Source: a virus
Lineage: Duplodnaviria > Caudoviricetes
Length of the DNA stretch: 64,000 nucleotides
Direction: 5' to 3' (one strand)
Virus record (IMG/VR): IMGVR_UViG_3300030055_000003
The translations under genes and the position numbers were made by a program. This document shows, in pieces, positions 18,590 to 27,930 of this stretch. The number at the start of each line of letters is the position of its first letter. Within the stretch, counting starts at the first letter, position 1. Under the pieces are notes generated by a model. The model did not search any database. It saw only the letters and a program-made list of their open reading frames with translations, and was not told the origin of the DNA.

Positions 18590-20752
18590 ATGAATCAAAT
18601 ACTAAAAACAGTTAATCAAGTTAATGACACAATTGATTCAAGTGGTTTTTTAGATTTAAAAACATATTTGAATTCAATTCAAGGTTCATCAATAAAAAAA
18701 TGGGATAATACAAAATCATATACAAAAGATGAAATAGTAATATATAATGATTTATTTTATCAAAGCGTAGTAGCCAATTCTACATTAGGAACATTTATAA
18801 TTTCAGAATGGAAATCAATTGGAGGAAGTGGTTCAAGTTTTGAGGTAGTATCGTCTCTTCCTAGCAGTAATATAGATTCAAGTAAAATATACATTTTAGG
18901 AGATTTTTCATTAAATTATTATGATAGTTCATGGCATAAATTAGGTAATAACCAAATCTCAATTGGAATAATAGCACCGATAGATACAACAAAATTATTT
19001 TTAGACATAACCGATAAAACAAAACCTGTTTTAAAATGGTTTGACTCTACAACTACAAGTTGGATGAATGTTAGCAGTACGCAAATTCAAAGTGACTGGA
19101 CACAAACTGACAATACTAAAACAGATTATGTTAAAAATAAGCCTACTAATCTTTTAACTGCTAATAATATTAAACAAGGAACAAATGTCTCATTAACTAC
19201 TAGTGGAAATGATGTAACCATTAATGTAAATGGTGGTAATGCAACAAGTATAAATGGTATAAATGTAAATGATTCTAATAGAACTAATGGAACGGGGATA
19301 TTTTATAATAGTTCTACAGGAAAGTACGAGAATGCGACGGTTAATATTACAGGGATAGTGGGCAGTTCACAAATAACTACTATATCAGATACAATAATTC
19401 CAAGTGGTACTGAAGTGGTTTTTAATCATCCAATAAGTACAAATATAATTCCAAGTATAGAAGAACAAATTGCTGGTTCAAGTGTAACAGATACTCATGT
19501 AGATTTTAGTGATGCTAGCAAATATAGTTTACAAGACAGTGGAAAAATATTAGTTGGAAATAACAAAGCACAATTAGATATTTATACTAAATTGTTAATG
19601 CATATGGATGATTCTAGTTTTACTGATGTTTGTGGACATATTGTAACTAACAATGGAGTGGTTTTAAGTAACAGTATGGGATACTTTAATGGAAATGGAT
19701 ATTTTAATATTCCAACTAATACAAATTTTGATTTAAATAATAATAATTTTGAAATTAGATTTAAAATGAATATTCCAACAATTATATCATCTGCTGTAAT
19801 TTTATCTAGAGGTGGATGGGGCTTTGCAACCCCTAATAAAATAGGTTGGAGTATAAGAATTGCTTCTAGTACTTTAGAATTTTTAGCAATACAAACTGAT
19901 GGTTCTTCTACTGGTGTTTTATTTTCAGTTAATTATACTCAAAAGATAAATACTACGGTATATATTTCTATAATTAGAGTTGGTAACATCATGAGATTTT
20001 TTGAAAATGGTGTGCAAATAGGAAGCGATATTGCATTTTCAATTAATATACCTTCAACAACAAGTTATGGTATAAATATAGGTGCAGATTTATTAGGAGT
20101 AGGAAAATTTACTGGTTATATAGGTGAATTACAAATAATAAAAGGGTTATCTTTACATACATCAAATTATAGTAATTATAATCAAGTATTATCATCTCCA
20201 TATATAACAATAAACACTCCAACATATTTAAAAACAACAGGAACATCTAATTACAGTTTAACAACAATAGATACAATAACATCATTAACAATACCAGTAA
20301 CTTTACCAAGTGCTAATACAACTTGTAAGATTTTAACTTCATTTGATAATGGCGTAAATTGGTTATATAGGTCTAGTGGGGCATGGTATAAATATACAGG
20401 TGATTTAACGGTTGCATGGACAAGTAGTAATTTGAATACTGATTTGCAGACATATTTTGCTAATATAAGTTTGACAACTTTAACTAGTGAGTTGAGTAGT
20501 TTAGGTATAGTGCCTATTAGCTTAGATTTTGCCTTCCAACTTTTGACTGCTTCACTTTCAGAAACACCTTCAGTAAGTGCAATTACTATGATTTATGTAA
20601 ATAAAGCACATAATGAATTTGCAAGTTATGGAAATTATTCAAGTTCAAATGTTGAATTTGGAGTAAAAAGAGTATCAAATAGTCAATTAGCTATAAAGAA
20701 TTTACAAAGTACATCAAAAACTATTAAGGTTAATGTTGTTACATCAGTATAA
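18590..20752 (+). CDS. Tail protein with LamG/concanavalin-A-like lectin domain
   Basis: TKLLMHMDDSSFTD...FNGNGYFNI...FDLNNNNFEIRF...GKFTGYIGELQIIKG; N-terminal WDNTKSYTKDEIVIY CBM-like motif; QIQSDWTQTD. Confidence 0.8.
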   Translation: MNQILKTVNQVNDTIDSSGFLDLKTYLNSIQGSSIKKWDNTKSYTKDEIVIYNDLFYQSVVANSTLGTFIISEWKSIGGSGSSFEVVSSLPSSNIDSSKIYILGDFSLNYYDSSWHKLGNNQISIGIIAPIDTTKLFLDITDKTKPVLKWFDSTTTSWMNVSSTQIQSDWTQTDNTKTDYVKNKPTNLLTANNIKQGTNVSLTTSGNDVTINVNGGNATSINGINVNDSNRTNGTGIFYNSSTGKYENATVNITGIVGSSQITTISDTIIPSGTEVVFNHPISTNIIPSIEEQIAGSSVTDTHVDFSDASKYSLQDSGKILVGNNKAQLDIYTKLLMHMDDSSFTDVCGHIVTNNGVVLSNSMGYFNGNGYFNIPTNTNFDLNNNNFEIRFKMNIPTIISSAVILSRGGWGFATPNKIGWSIRIASSTLEFLAIQTDGSSTGVLFSVNYTQKINTTVYISIIRVGNIMRFFENGVQIGSDIAFSINIPSTTSYGINIGADLLGVGKFTGYIGELQIIKGLSLHTSNYSNYNQVLSSPYITINTPTYLKTTGTSNYSLTTIDTITSLTIPVTLPSANTTCKILTSFDNGVNWLYRSSGAWYKYTGDLTVAWTSSNLNTDLQTYFANISLTTLTSELSSLGIVPISLDFAFQLLTASLSETPSVSAITMIYVNKAHNEFASYGNYSSSNVEFGVKRVSNSQLAIKNLQSTSKTIKVNVVTSV

Positions 20753-20774
20753 AATAAATTAATAAAGATAGGAA

Positions 20775-21185
20775 GTGATAAATTTGGTTGGATATGTATA
20801 TTTTTCAGGAAGTTTAATTATTAATGGAAAAATAGATATTGTTGATTATATAGAAATTGATGATAATATCAAAAAAATAGTTGGTAGAGCAAGTGATAAT
20901 AGTCCAGAACAGATTTGTTTTGATGGAGGAAGCGATTATATCATTCTTCAAACTGATTCAATTTCAAAAAATATTGGTGATAATATTGTTCTTAATAATT
21001 TAATAGATTGTAGAGATTACTTTTTGAAAGGTGCTAATTATTGGTATCAAGAACAAATTAAAACATCAAATGAAACTATTAATAATTTAAAAAGTATGAA
21101 TGATATTTATGGTTCTACTTTAGATTATTTAATGTTCAATGTGCTACCTAGTTTAGTTGCTACTGAATCAAGTAGTAGCTCTTAA
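20775..21185 (+). CDS. Hypothetical tail-associated protein (XkdW-like position)
   Basis: ORF after the last fibre gene; likely start TTG at 20784; C-terminal coiled coil. Confidence 0.55.
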   Translation: MINLVGYVYFSGSLIINGKIDIVDYIEIDDNIKKIVGRASDNSPEQICFDGGSDYIILQTDSISKNIGDNIVLNNLIDCRDYFLKGANYWYQEQIKTSNETINNLKSMNDIYGSTLDYLMFNVLPSLVATESSSSS

Positions 21186-21233
21186 ATATAAAAACTATTC
21201 AATAGTAATTAAATAATAGAAGGAGGAAAGGAG

Positions 21234-21422
21234 ATGGATAATCATATGGCAACATTTATAGCATTACAAATTATGAAAGCTTATGACACAAATGGATTAG
21301 TAGCTGGACAAGCCAAATACAGAGGATATTTTATAACTACTAAATTATATTTAGGTTGTAAGTCAGATTGCGATACTATCCTAACTACAGATGGATATAG
21401 TCAAGTTATCGTAACTGTATAA
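21234..21422 (+). CDS. Small hypothetical phage protein (XkdX-like position)
   Basis: RBS GGAGGAAAGGAG; MATFIALQIMKA...GQAKYRGYF; last gene of the tail operon. Confidence 0.6.
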   Translation: MDNHMATFIALQIMKAYDTNGLVAGQAKYRGYFITTKLYLGCKSDCDTILTTDGYSQVIVTV

Positions 21423-21528
21423 CAAATTAATAAAACTAACATTTTATGGTAATATTGTATTTGAATAATGGAGTATTATCGAGTAAATGGAAGTAAAACA
21501 GAGTTTAAAAAATTGAATAAATTGATAA

Positions 21529-21562
21529 AAAGACTTAGAGATTAATTTCTTTAGGTCTTTTT
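21529..21562 (+). terminator. Rho-independent terminator ending the tail operon
   Basis: AAAGACTTAGAG...CTTTAGGTCTTT followed by TT. Confidence 0.7.
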
Positions 21563-21574
21563 GTTATAACTATA

Positions 21575-21760
21575 CTCTACGAGGTTTTCAGCTAAAGCTG
21601 ATTTATTATTTCAAATCAAATTTGTTAGGTTCATATTGAACTTTGCAAAAGGTAACTGAAAAGTTATCTTAATTTATCCTTTCGAGGAGAATTAGGATTA
21701 CGCCAATCCAGTTCTCTTTTGGAGAGTTTATTTACCTTATCGGCGTTTGGTAATTACTCT
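21575..21760 (+). ncRNA. Candidate structured RNA / leader (six or more adjacent hairpins)
   Basis: TCAGC-TAAA-GCTGA, GGTTCA-TAT-TGAACT, AAGGTAACT-GAAA-AGTTATCTT, TCCT-TTCG-AGGA, GGATT-ACGCC-AATCC, TCTC-TTTTG-GAGA, and AGAGT..TACC..GGTA..ACTCT. Confidence 0.5.
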
Positions 21761-21796
21761 TAATAAATTAAAAATAACAGAAAGGAAGGATGATTT

Positions 21797-22699
21797 ATGG
21801 CAGGAGAATATACTGCAAAGATTAGAGATTATGTCAACATAATGAAAAGCAATGGATTAATCACAGAAGATGGAGAACTTATAACTCCAAATATTAAAAA
21901 CTTAGAAAATATAGCAATGGACTTTATTAAAATGGAGGAACAAGGTAAGGAAAAGAAGTTAGATATATTACAAATGAAAGAAGATCAAACTGAATTTCAA
22001 CAATATTTATTAGGTTGTTATGGAAGTTTTTATTTCAATTTTTATAAAAGATTCGGAACTATTGAAGGTCAGTTTTTATTTAGATTTATATATTTAGCAA
22101 CCTTTATGAATTATGATAATCTATTGTCTAATGGAGTAAGATTAATAAAAGAAGAAGATTTGATGGAAATATTATTGCTAGGTAAAACAGAGTTTTATAA
22201 AACTAAGAAATATTTAATAGAAAATGATTTTATATCTATACAAGAAAATAAAACCATATTAGTTAATGATAGATATTGTAAAAAAGGAAAAATAAATAAA
22301 ACTAAATCAATTGAGGTGGTAAGAATGTTCAATAATGCAATTCAAGAATTATACATGAAATCAACACCAAAAGAACATAAGAAATTAGCTTTATTAATTG
22401 ATATATTGCCATGTATAAACCTAAAATTTAATGTCATTTGCAAGAATCCAACTTGTGAATATGAAGAAAATATTCAGCCTTATACAATGCCAGAATTATG
22501 TAGTAAATTAGGCTATGATAAAACTCACGCAAGTAGGCTGAAGAAGGACTTGTTTAAATTAAAAGTAAATAATGAAATGGTTATTGGAATATTTGAAAAA
22601 GAAAATGGGAAAGCAATATATGTAAATCCATCTGTATATTATAAAGGTGGTAAATTTGAAGATATTAAAAACTTACAATCAATGTTTAAGATTAAGTAA
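21797..22699 (+). CDS. RepL-like / tandem winged-helix putative replication or DNA-binding protein
   Basis: Two HTH-like halves (LMEILLLGKTEFYKTKKYLIE; ELCSKLGYDKTHASRLKKDL) and C-terminal IYVNPSVYYKG reminiscent of Firmicute RepL proteins. Confidence 0.5.
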   Translation: MAGEYTAKIRDYVNIMKSNGLITEDGELITPNIKNLENIAMDFIKMEEQGKEKKLDILQMKEDQTEFQQYLLGCYGSFYFNFYKRFGTIEGQFLFRFIYLATFMNYDNLLSNGVRLIKEEDLMEILLLGKTEFYKTKKYLIENDFISIQENKTILVNDRYCKKGKINKTKSIEVVRMFNNAIQELYMKSTPKEHKKLALLIDILPCINLKFNVICKNPTCEYEENIQPYTMPELCSKLGYDKTHASRLKKDLFKLKVNNEMVIGIFEKENGKAIYVNPSVYYKGGKFEDIKNLQSMFKIK

Positions 22700-23023
22700 A
22701 ATACCAAGAATATACATAAGTCTGAAAAGGGTTGATATCACTAGCTTATGTGAATATTGTAATTCATATAATGGCTAAAAATTAATATAAATAGTTCACA
22801 AAATGGCTAATTAATAAATATATGTTCTTGGAATGTAATAAATTACAAAAATAGAGCAATAAAATATCTATACGATACTTATTACCCTATTTCACAAGTT
22901 TAACAAATTAATATAATAAAAGAAGTTGATTAATTAAATGAAAAATTAAACAATCTTTATTACTATTTTAGTTTAACATAAATTAATGTGATTGTAAATA
23001 GGTTCTTAGAAATAAATTAATGT

Positions 23024-23275
23024 TTATTTGTTGTCAATTTTCTTTTCTATACTGTCAAGCTTATTTTGAATATCTAGCAATAAGAAAAATAATATCATAG
23101 CAACTGCAACTATTTGGAATAGCATCATAGTATCGAAAGACATTTTGTGTAATGCCCAATATAATACGTTTGAACCTAAGAATGTAAAAGCTGATAATAT
23201 GATTCCCAATATAGTAAAATTATTAATAAAAAATTTAGTGAACCAATTTACTTTAGTGTTTTCTTTTATTTCCAT
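23024..23275 (-). CDS. Small membrane protein (2 TM), lone counter-oriented gene
   Basis: RBS AAGGAGA; two hydrophobic segments and a C-terminal coiled coil. Confidence 0.7.
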   Translation of the reverse strand: MEIKENTKVNWFTKFFINNFTILGIILSAFTFLGSNVLYWALHKMSFDTMMLFQIVAVAMILFFLLLDIQNKLDSIEKKIDNK

Positions 23276-23749
23276 AATATAAAATCTCCTTTATTAGTTT
23301 TGGTTTTGTTGTTTTATATTATAACCAATTATATGGAAATTATACTTTTTACTTTTAAACTGAAATTGTTCACTAATACCGTTTGATTGTAAATTTGGAT
23401 ATAAACAAAGAGTAAAAGAATTTCGTGGGTAATTCTCCTACTCTTTACTTTGTTAAATTAAAATGCCATTATGTGCAATTTAGCATTAAATATTTATTAT
23501 ATCATAAGTTAGGTAAAAAGTAAACACAACAGAAAATTTTTATAAACAGATAGAATTATATAAGTGAGTAATTACTTTATAAATTTAAAAGTTGAATTTA
23601 AATTTTGCTTAGATTTGATGTATATATTTCTCTCGTCGGTTCTCGTTGTAGTTCGTCGGTTTAAATACGAACGATGGAGAACGATATGGTGCGAACGAGT
23701 GCAATGGAATTACTACTACACTTTGGGTTATGGAAAAGTTGGTTAAATA

Positions 23750-23777
23750 ATCTGACATAAGTAATATTATGTGATAT
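23750..23777. other. dif-like 28-bp tyrosine-recombinase site (11-6-11)
   Basis: ATCTGACATAA-GTAATA-TTATGTGATAT; arms 9/11 inverted-identical; inner CATAA/TTATG as in dif; ~35-40 bp upstream of a XerC-like gene. Confidence 0.65.
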
Positions 23778-23809
23778 TTCTAAATTATATGATATAATAT
23801 TCATATGAG

Positions 23810-24646
23810 GTGATTTTATTGAACACTATAAAACAATTTCAGGAGTTTTTATTAGAAAAAGACAAAAGTTCTAAAACAATTGAAGCCTATGTCAGAGATA
23901 TTCAGCAATTTTATAAATATTTAAGAACTAATAATATTAAAGAAATTCATAATGATACTTTAAAAAGCTACAAGAACTATTTATTACATGAAAGATTTCT
24001 TACTGCTACTACTGTCAATAGAAAATTAGTTGCATTACATCAATATTTATCTTTTAATGAAATTTCAGCTACAACTAATATCGTAAAAATACAATCTCAA
24101 AATTTTTTAGAGAATGTACTCGATAAATCTGAAGTTGATAAAATGGTTGATATAGCTAAACGTAAAAATGATTTAAGAGCTATTGCATTATTTAAAACAT
24201 TATCCAATACTGGAATGAGAATATCTGAAGCACTTTCCTTGACAATTAATGATATACATAAAGATTCAGTAGAAATAGTTGGTAAGGGAAATAAAAGGAG
24301 AATGGTGTTTATTCCAAAATCATTAAATAAGATTTGGTTACAATATTGTAGAAATGGCAGATATCATACTAAGTTAGATTATTTATTTGTCACTCAAAAA
24401 GGTAAAATGACAAGAGAAACGGCAGATAAAATAGTTAAAAAGTATGGTAATTTATGCAATATACCGATAGAAAAATGCCATTGCCACAGTTTTCGTCATA
24501 TGTACTGTAAGCGTCTAGGTGATAACCCCAATATAACAATTGATATTATAGCTGATTTAGCTGGACATCAAGATATTTCTGTTACAAGAAGATATTTGAG
24601 AAAGAGTAAAAGTGAATTACTTAGTATTATAGAAGATTTAGATTAG
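23810..24646 (+). CDS. Tyrosine recombinase (XerC/D-like), complete catalytic set
   Basis: TGMRISE, GKGNK, HSFRH, LAGH, TRRY; probable start TTG at 23819 after GAGGTG. Confidence 0.92.
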   Translation: MILLNTIKQFQEFLLEKDKSSKTIEAYVRDIQQFYKYLRTNNIKEIHNDTLKSYKNYLLHERFLTATTVNRKLVALHQYLSFNEISATTNIVKIQSQNFLENVLDKSEVDKMVDIAKRKNDLRAIALFKTLSNTGMRISEALSLTINDIHKDSVEIVGKGNKRRMVFIPKSLNKIWLQYCRNGRYHTKLDYLFVTQKGKMTRETADKIVKKYGNLCNIPIEKCHCHSFRHMYCKRLGDNPNITIDIIADLAGHQDISVTRRYLRKSKSELLSIIEDLD

Positions 24647-24674
24647 ATTTAAAATTAAATATAGAATTACATTT

Positions 24675-24704
24675 GAGTTTGTATAAATTGTACAAGCTCT
24701 TTTT
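24675..24704 (+). terminator. Rho-independent terminator
   Basis: GAGTTTGTA...TACAAGCTC followed by TTTTT. Confidence 0.7.
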
Positions 24705-24749
24705 GTTGCGTGAAAATATAGAAATTAAATATGAAAGATATGAAAGGAA

Positions 24750-25364
24750 TTGATAAATATTATGGAAGAAAAAGATTTAAGACAAAAAGATACTATATCA
24801 ATAGAGTTTAATCAAGAATTACTTGAAGAATGGACAAAGATTTATTTTAAAAAACATCCTAGAGCTAAAAATAAACCAATAAATTCTCCCGTTCATGAGA
24901 GTTTAAATATATGGACAATAATGAGAAGACCAATGGCAAATTCTTTGAAACAAAAATGGAAAGATTTTGGAAAGTTTGTTATAGAAAAAAATGGATTATT
25001 AGACTTAGGAATAAAAAAATGTAAATGTAAATACATAGCACATAAATCATATGTTAATTCAAAAAGAAGGATGGATTGTGATAATATAGTGCCTAAATTT
25101 ATTTTAGACTCACTTACATCAGAGTGTACAGGCGTATTGGTTGATGATTCTTGTGATTGTATAGAAGAATTAACTATTAAAATTATACAAGAAAAAAATA
25201 TAAAAGATTATAGCGAGATTATTTTATATGATTGTGAGTATGATAAAGAATTAATGTTCAAAACAAGAGAAATTGAACTTAATAAGATACGCAAAAAAGA
25301 ACAGACTATGGCTGAAAAGAAAACTAAGAAAAAGACAGTTAGTAAAAGTAAGAAGGTGAAATAA
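24750..25364 (+). CDS. RusA-like Holliday junction resolvase
   Basis: RRMDCDNIVPKFILDSL...GVLVDDSCDCI matches the RusA D-x-D-N...K...D...G...DD pattern. Confidence 0.65.
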   Translation: MINIMEEKDLRQKDTISIEFNQELLEEWTKIYFKKHPRAKNKPINSPVHESLNIWTIMRRPMANSLKQKWKDFGKFVIEKNGLLDLGIKKCKCKYIAHKSYVNSKRRMDCDNIVPKFILDSLTSECTGVLVDDSCDCIEELTIKIIQEKNIKDYSEIILYDCEYDKELMFKTREIELNKIRKKEQTMAEKKTKKKTVSKSKKVK

Positions 25365-25569
25365 ACAATTAATTCAAATAAACAGATTACTAGAGAATAC
25401 TTAGCTAATCCATTTAGTAATGTGTCTTACCATGAAAGATTAGTTATGGCTGGAGCAATTGATTTAACTGATAATTGCTTTGTTCAAGATTTAGGTAATG
25501 GTTATTGTAGGATGGTTGCTATAGATGAGAGTAAGTTAGTTAAATAATAAATTAAATGGAGTGAGAATT

Positions 25570-25746
25570 ATGAATAAGAAAATAGTACATAGCTATATTG
25601 ATGCAGACCGTCTTATGAAGGATGGTTTTATTTGCCATGGTGTAGATAGAGATATTAAAGATAATACAAAATTAGTGTTCTTCTTTGATTATGCAAATGA
25701 AGTAATTAATAAATTAAAAGAATACGAAACGAATAAAAAGTTTTAA
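25570..25746 (+). CDS. DUF5659-like small protein
   Basis: VHSYIDADRLMKDGF...DRDIKDNTKLVFFF. Confidence 0.7.
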   Translation: MNKKIVHSYIDADRLMKDGFICHGVDRDIKDNTKLVFFFDYANEVINKLKEYETNKKF

Positions 25747-25768
25747 AATTGAAAGGATGTAGATAGAA

Positions 25769-26845
25769 ATGGGAAAAAGATATCAAAAGGAAGAATTAAT
25801 ACAATTATTTAAACAATATGTTGATAAAAATGGAATACCTAAAAGAACAAAGGATGCTTTTAAAAGCAAAAATGGATTAGCATCATGGGATACATATCAA
25901 AAAATAGTAGGTATAAAAACAATATTAGAATTAGTAGACATATGTAATATTATAATCTCTGAAAAAGAAAGATTAGATTTATTGTTTCGAGGTGGTCAAG
26001 GTAGGAACTATACAAAAAATGAAGTTATTGAAAGAATTCATATACTACACAATAGATTAAATAGAGACTTATATTATGATGATTTTAGAAATCCACAACC
26101 TGATGAAATAGGAATAGCTACTATTAGAAGGCATTGGAAAACAATGAATGATATGAAAAAAGAGCTAAATCTAAATATTGTTCAAGAAAATATGATAGAA
26201 AAACATGTAGATTTTGAAGCAATAATAGAAGATATACAAAAAGTTGCAAATGAAATATATGAATCTGAAAATAGAAAATTGCTAATGATGAAAGATTTTA
26301 ATAAATTATCAATAGTTAATAGTAATACTATATGGAAACAATGCAAAGATAATAATACAACATTAGATAACGAGTTAAATAAAATAGGATTCAAATTACA
26401 AGATTGTGGTCGAGGAATGAATTTTAAATATAAAGATGGAGAAATGACAGCATCTAATTATGAATATTTATTTACTAATAAACTTAGGGCATTGGGATAT
26501 AACTATAATACCAACTATAAAAGAGATATAAAATATAGAGAATTTATAATAGATTATAATAATTTAATGAATTGTGATTATGTTATTACTATTAATAATA
26601 ATCTATTATATATAGAATTAGCTGGCATGTTAGAAGAATATGAAAAGGAGTATAAATCAGATAATATACTTAATATTAAAAGTAAATCTAAAAAATTATA
26701 TGCAGAGAAACTTAAACTAAAAGAAAATATGTTTATCGAAAATGGTCTAAATTATTTCATTTTATTTCCTAGTGATTTAAAAGAAGATAATTTAGATTTT
26801 TTATTTGAAAATAAATTAAATATACAACGAAAGGATGCGATTTAG
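25769..26845 (+). CDS. Putative homing endonuclease: N-terminal homing-endonuclease-associated repeats + PD-(D/E)XK domain
   Basis: Repeated Y(Q/T)K(E/N)E(L/V)I...; C-terminal CDYVITINNNLLYIELAGM. Confidence 0.65.
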   Translation: MGKRYQKEELIQLFKQYVDKNGIPKRTKDAFKSKNGLASWDTYQKIVGIKTILELVDICNIIISEKERLDLLFRGGQGRNYTKNEVIERIHILHNRLNRDLYYDDFRNPQPDEIGIATIRRHWKTMNDMKKELNLNIVQENMIEKHVDFEAIIEDIQKVANEIYESENRKLLMMKDFNKLSIVNSNTIWKQCKDNNTTLDNELNKIGFKLQDCGRGMNFKYKDGEMTASNYEYLFTNKLRALGYNYNTNYKRDIKYREFIIDYNNLMNCDYVITINNNLLYIELAGMLEEYEKEYKSDNILNIKSKSKKLYAEKLKLKENMFIENGLNYFILFPSDLKEDNLDFLFENKLNIQRKDAI

Positions 26846-26847
26846 TT

Positions 26848-27930
26848 ATGGCAAGAGAAACAATAAAAGTATTCACAACAAATGAAGAAGAAATAAAAGC
26901 TATTCTTCCTTCAAATTTAGAATTGATGGAGGATTTTTTAAATTACTTAGAGACAACTGACCATGCAGAAACAACTATAACGGTATATAAAAATAATTTA
27001 GACATTTTCTTTGTTTATTTAATGAAAAATGAGAAAAATATAGACTTTGTAAACTTGAAAAAGAGACATGTAATGAACTTTCAAAATTATATGGTTAAAA
27101 ACAATCTATCTCCATCACGTATTAAAAATATCAAAAGTACTTTATCTTCTCTAAGTTTATTTATTGAGAGCGTATTAGACGAAGAAACTAAGTGGGAAAA
27201 TTTTAGAAATATAATAAATAAGATTCCAGCACCAAATAAAAGAGAAGTCCGAGAAAAAACTATTCTTAGTGATGAAGAATGTCAAATTTTATTGGATTAT
27301 TTAATAGAAAATAAAAAATATCAACAAGCATGTGCTTTTGCTCTCGGATTTGCATCAGGAAGAAGAAAATCAGAACTCTTGCGTTTCAAAAGAAGCTATA
27401 TAACTGAAGATAATTTACAATTTGGTTCATTATATAAGTCTCCTGAAAAAATTAAAACTAAAGGAGCAGGTGTTGCAGGAAAACCACTTTTTGTTTATAT
27501 ACTTAAAACTAAATTCAAACCCTATTTTGATTTATGGATGGAAGAAAGAAAGAGACTAGGAGTTCCAGATGAAATTGATGAAATATTTGTAAATAAAAGA
27601 AAAGGTATTTGGTATCCAGCAAAAATATCTTTATTGGATTCATATGCTACTAATTTTACTAAATTATTAAATAAAGATTTCTATTTTCACTGCTTAAGAC
27701 ATCAATTTACAAGTTCACTTGAATCTAGTAAAATACCTGCTTCGGTCATAAAAGACATAATTGGCTGGGAAAATATTAGTATGGTATCACTTTATTCGGA
27801 CAATGATCTCAGTAGTAAATTAGGAGATTATTTTTCAAAAGATGGAATTAAAGAAGTCAAACAGGGTTCTTTAAGTGATTTAGGTAATGAAGAATCTGAA
27901 TCTAGTTCATTTGGTGGCAATAGATTCTAA
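26848..27930 (+). CDS. Tyrosine recombinase / phage integrase family (SPbeta YomM-like)
   Basis: SAM-like N-domain; SGRRKSE, KTKG, HCLRH, IIGW, VSLY. Confidence 0.9.
   Translation: MARETIKVFTTNEEEIKAILPSNLELMEDFLNYLETTDHAETTITVYKNNLDIFFVYLMKNEKNIDFVNLKKRHVMNFQNYMVKNNLSPSRIKNIKSTLSSLSLFIESVLDEETKWENFRNIINKIPAPNKREVREKTILSDEECQILLDYLIENKKYQQACAFALGFASGRRKSELLRFKRSYITEDNLQFGSLYKSPEKIKTKGAGVAGKPLFVYILKTKFKPYFDLWMEERKRLGVPDEIDEIFVNKRKGIWYPAKISLLDSYATNFTKLLNKDFYFHCLRHQFTSSLESSKIPASVIKDIIGWENISMVSLYSDNDLSSKLGDYFSKDGIKEVKQGSLSDLGNEESESSSFGGNRF

Noticed and set aside
7154-27930. Tail-fibre shufflon or diversity-generating retroelement
   Set aside because: All fibre genes are on one strand with their own starts; no inverted tip cassettes, repeated crossover sites, reverse transcriptase or TR/VR pair were seen.
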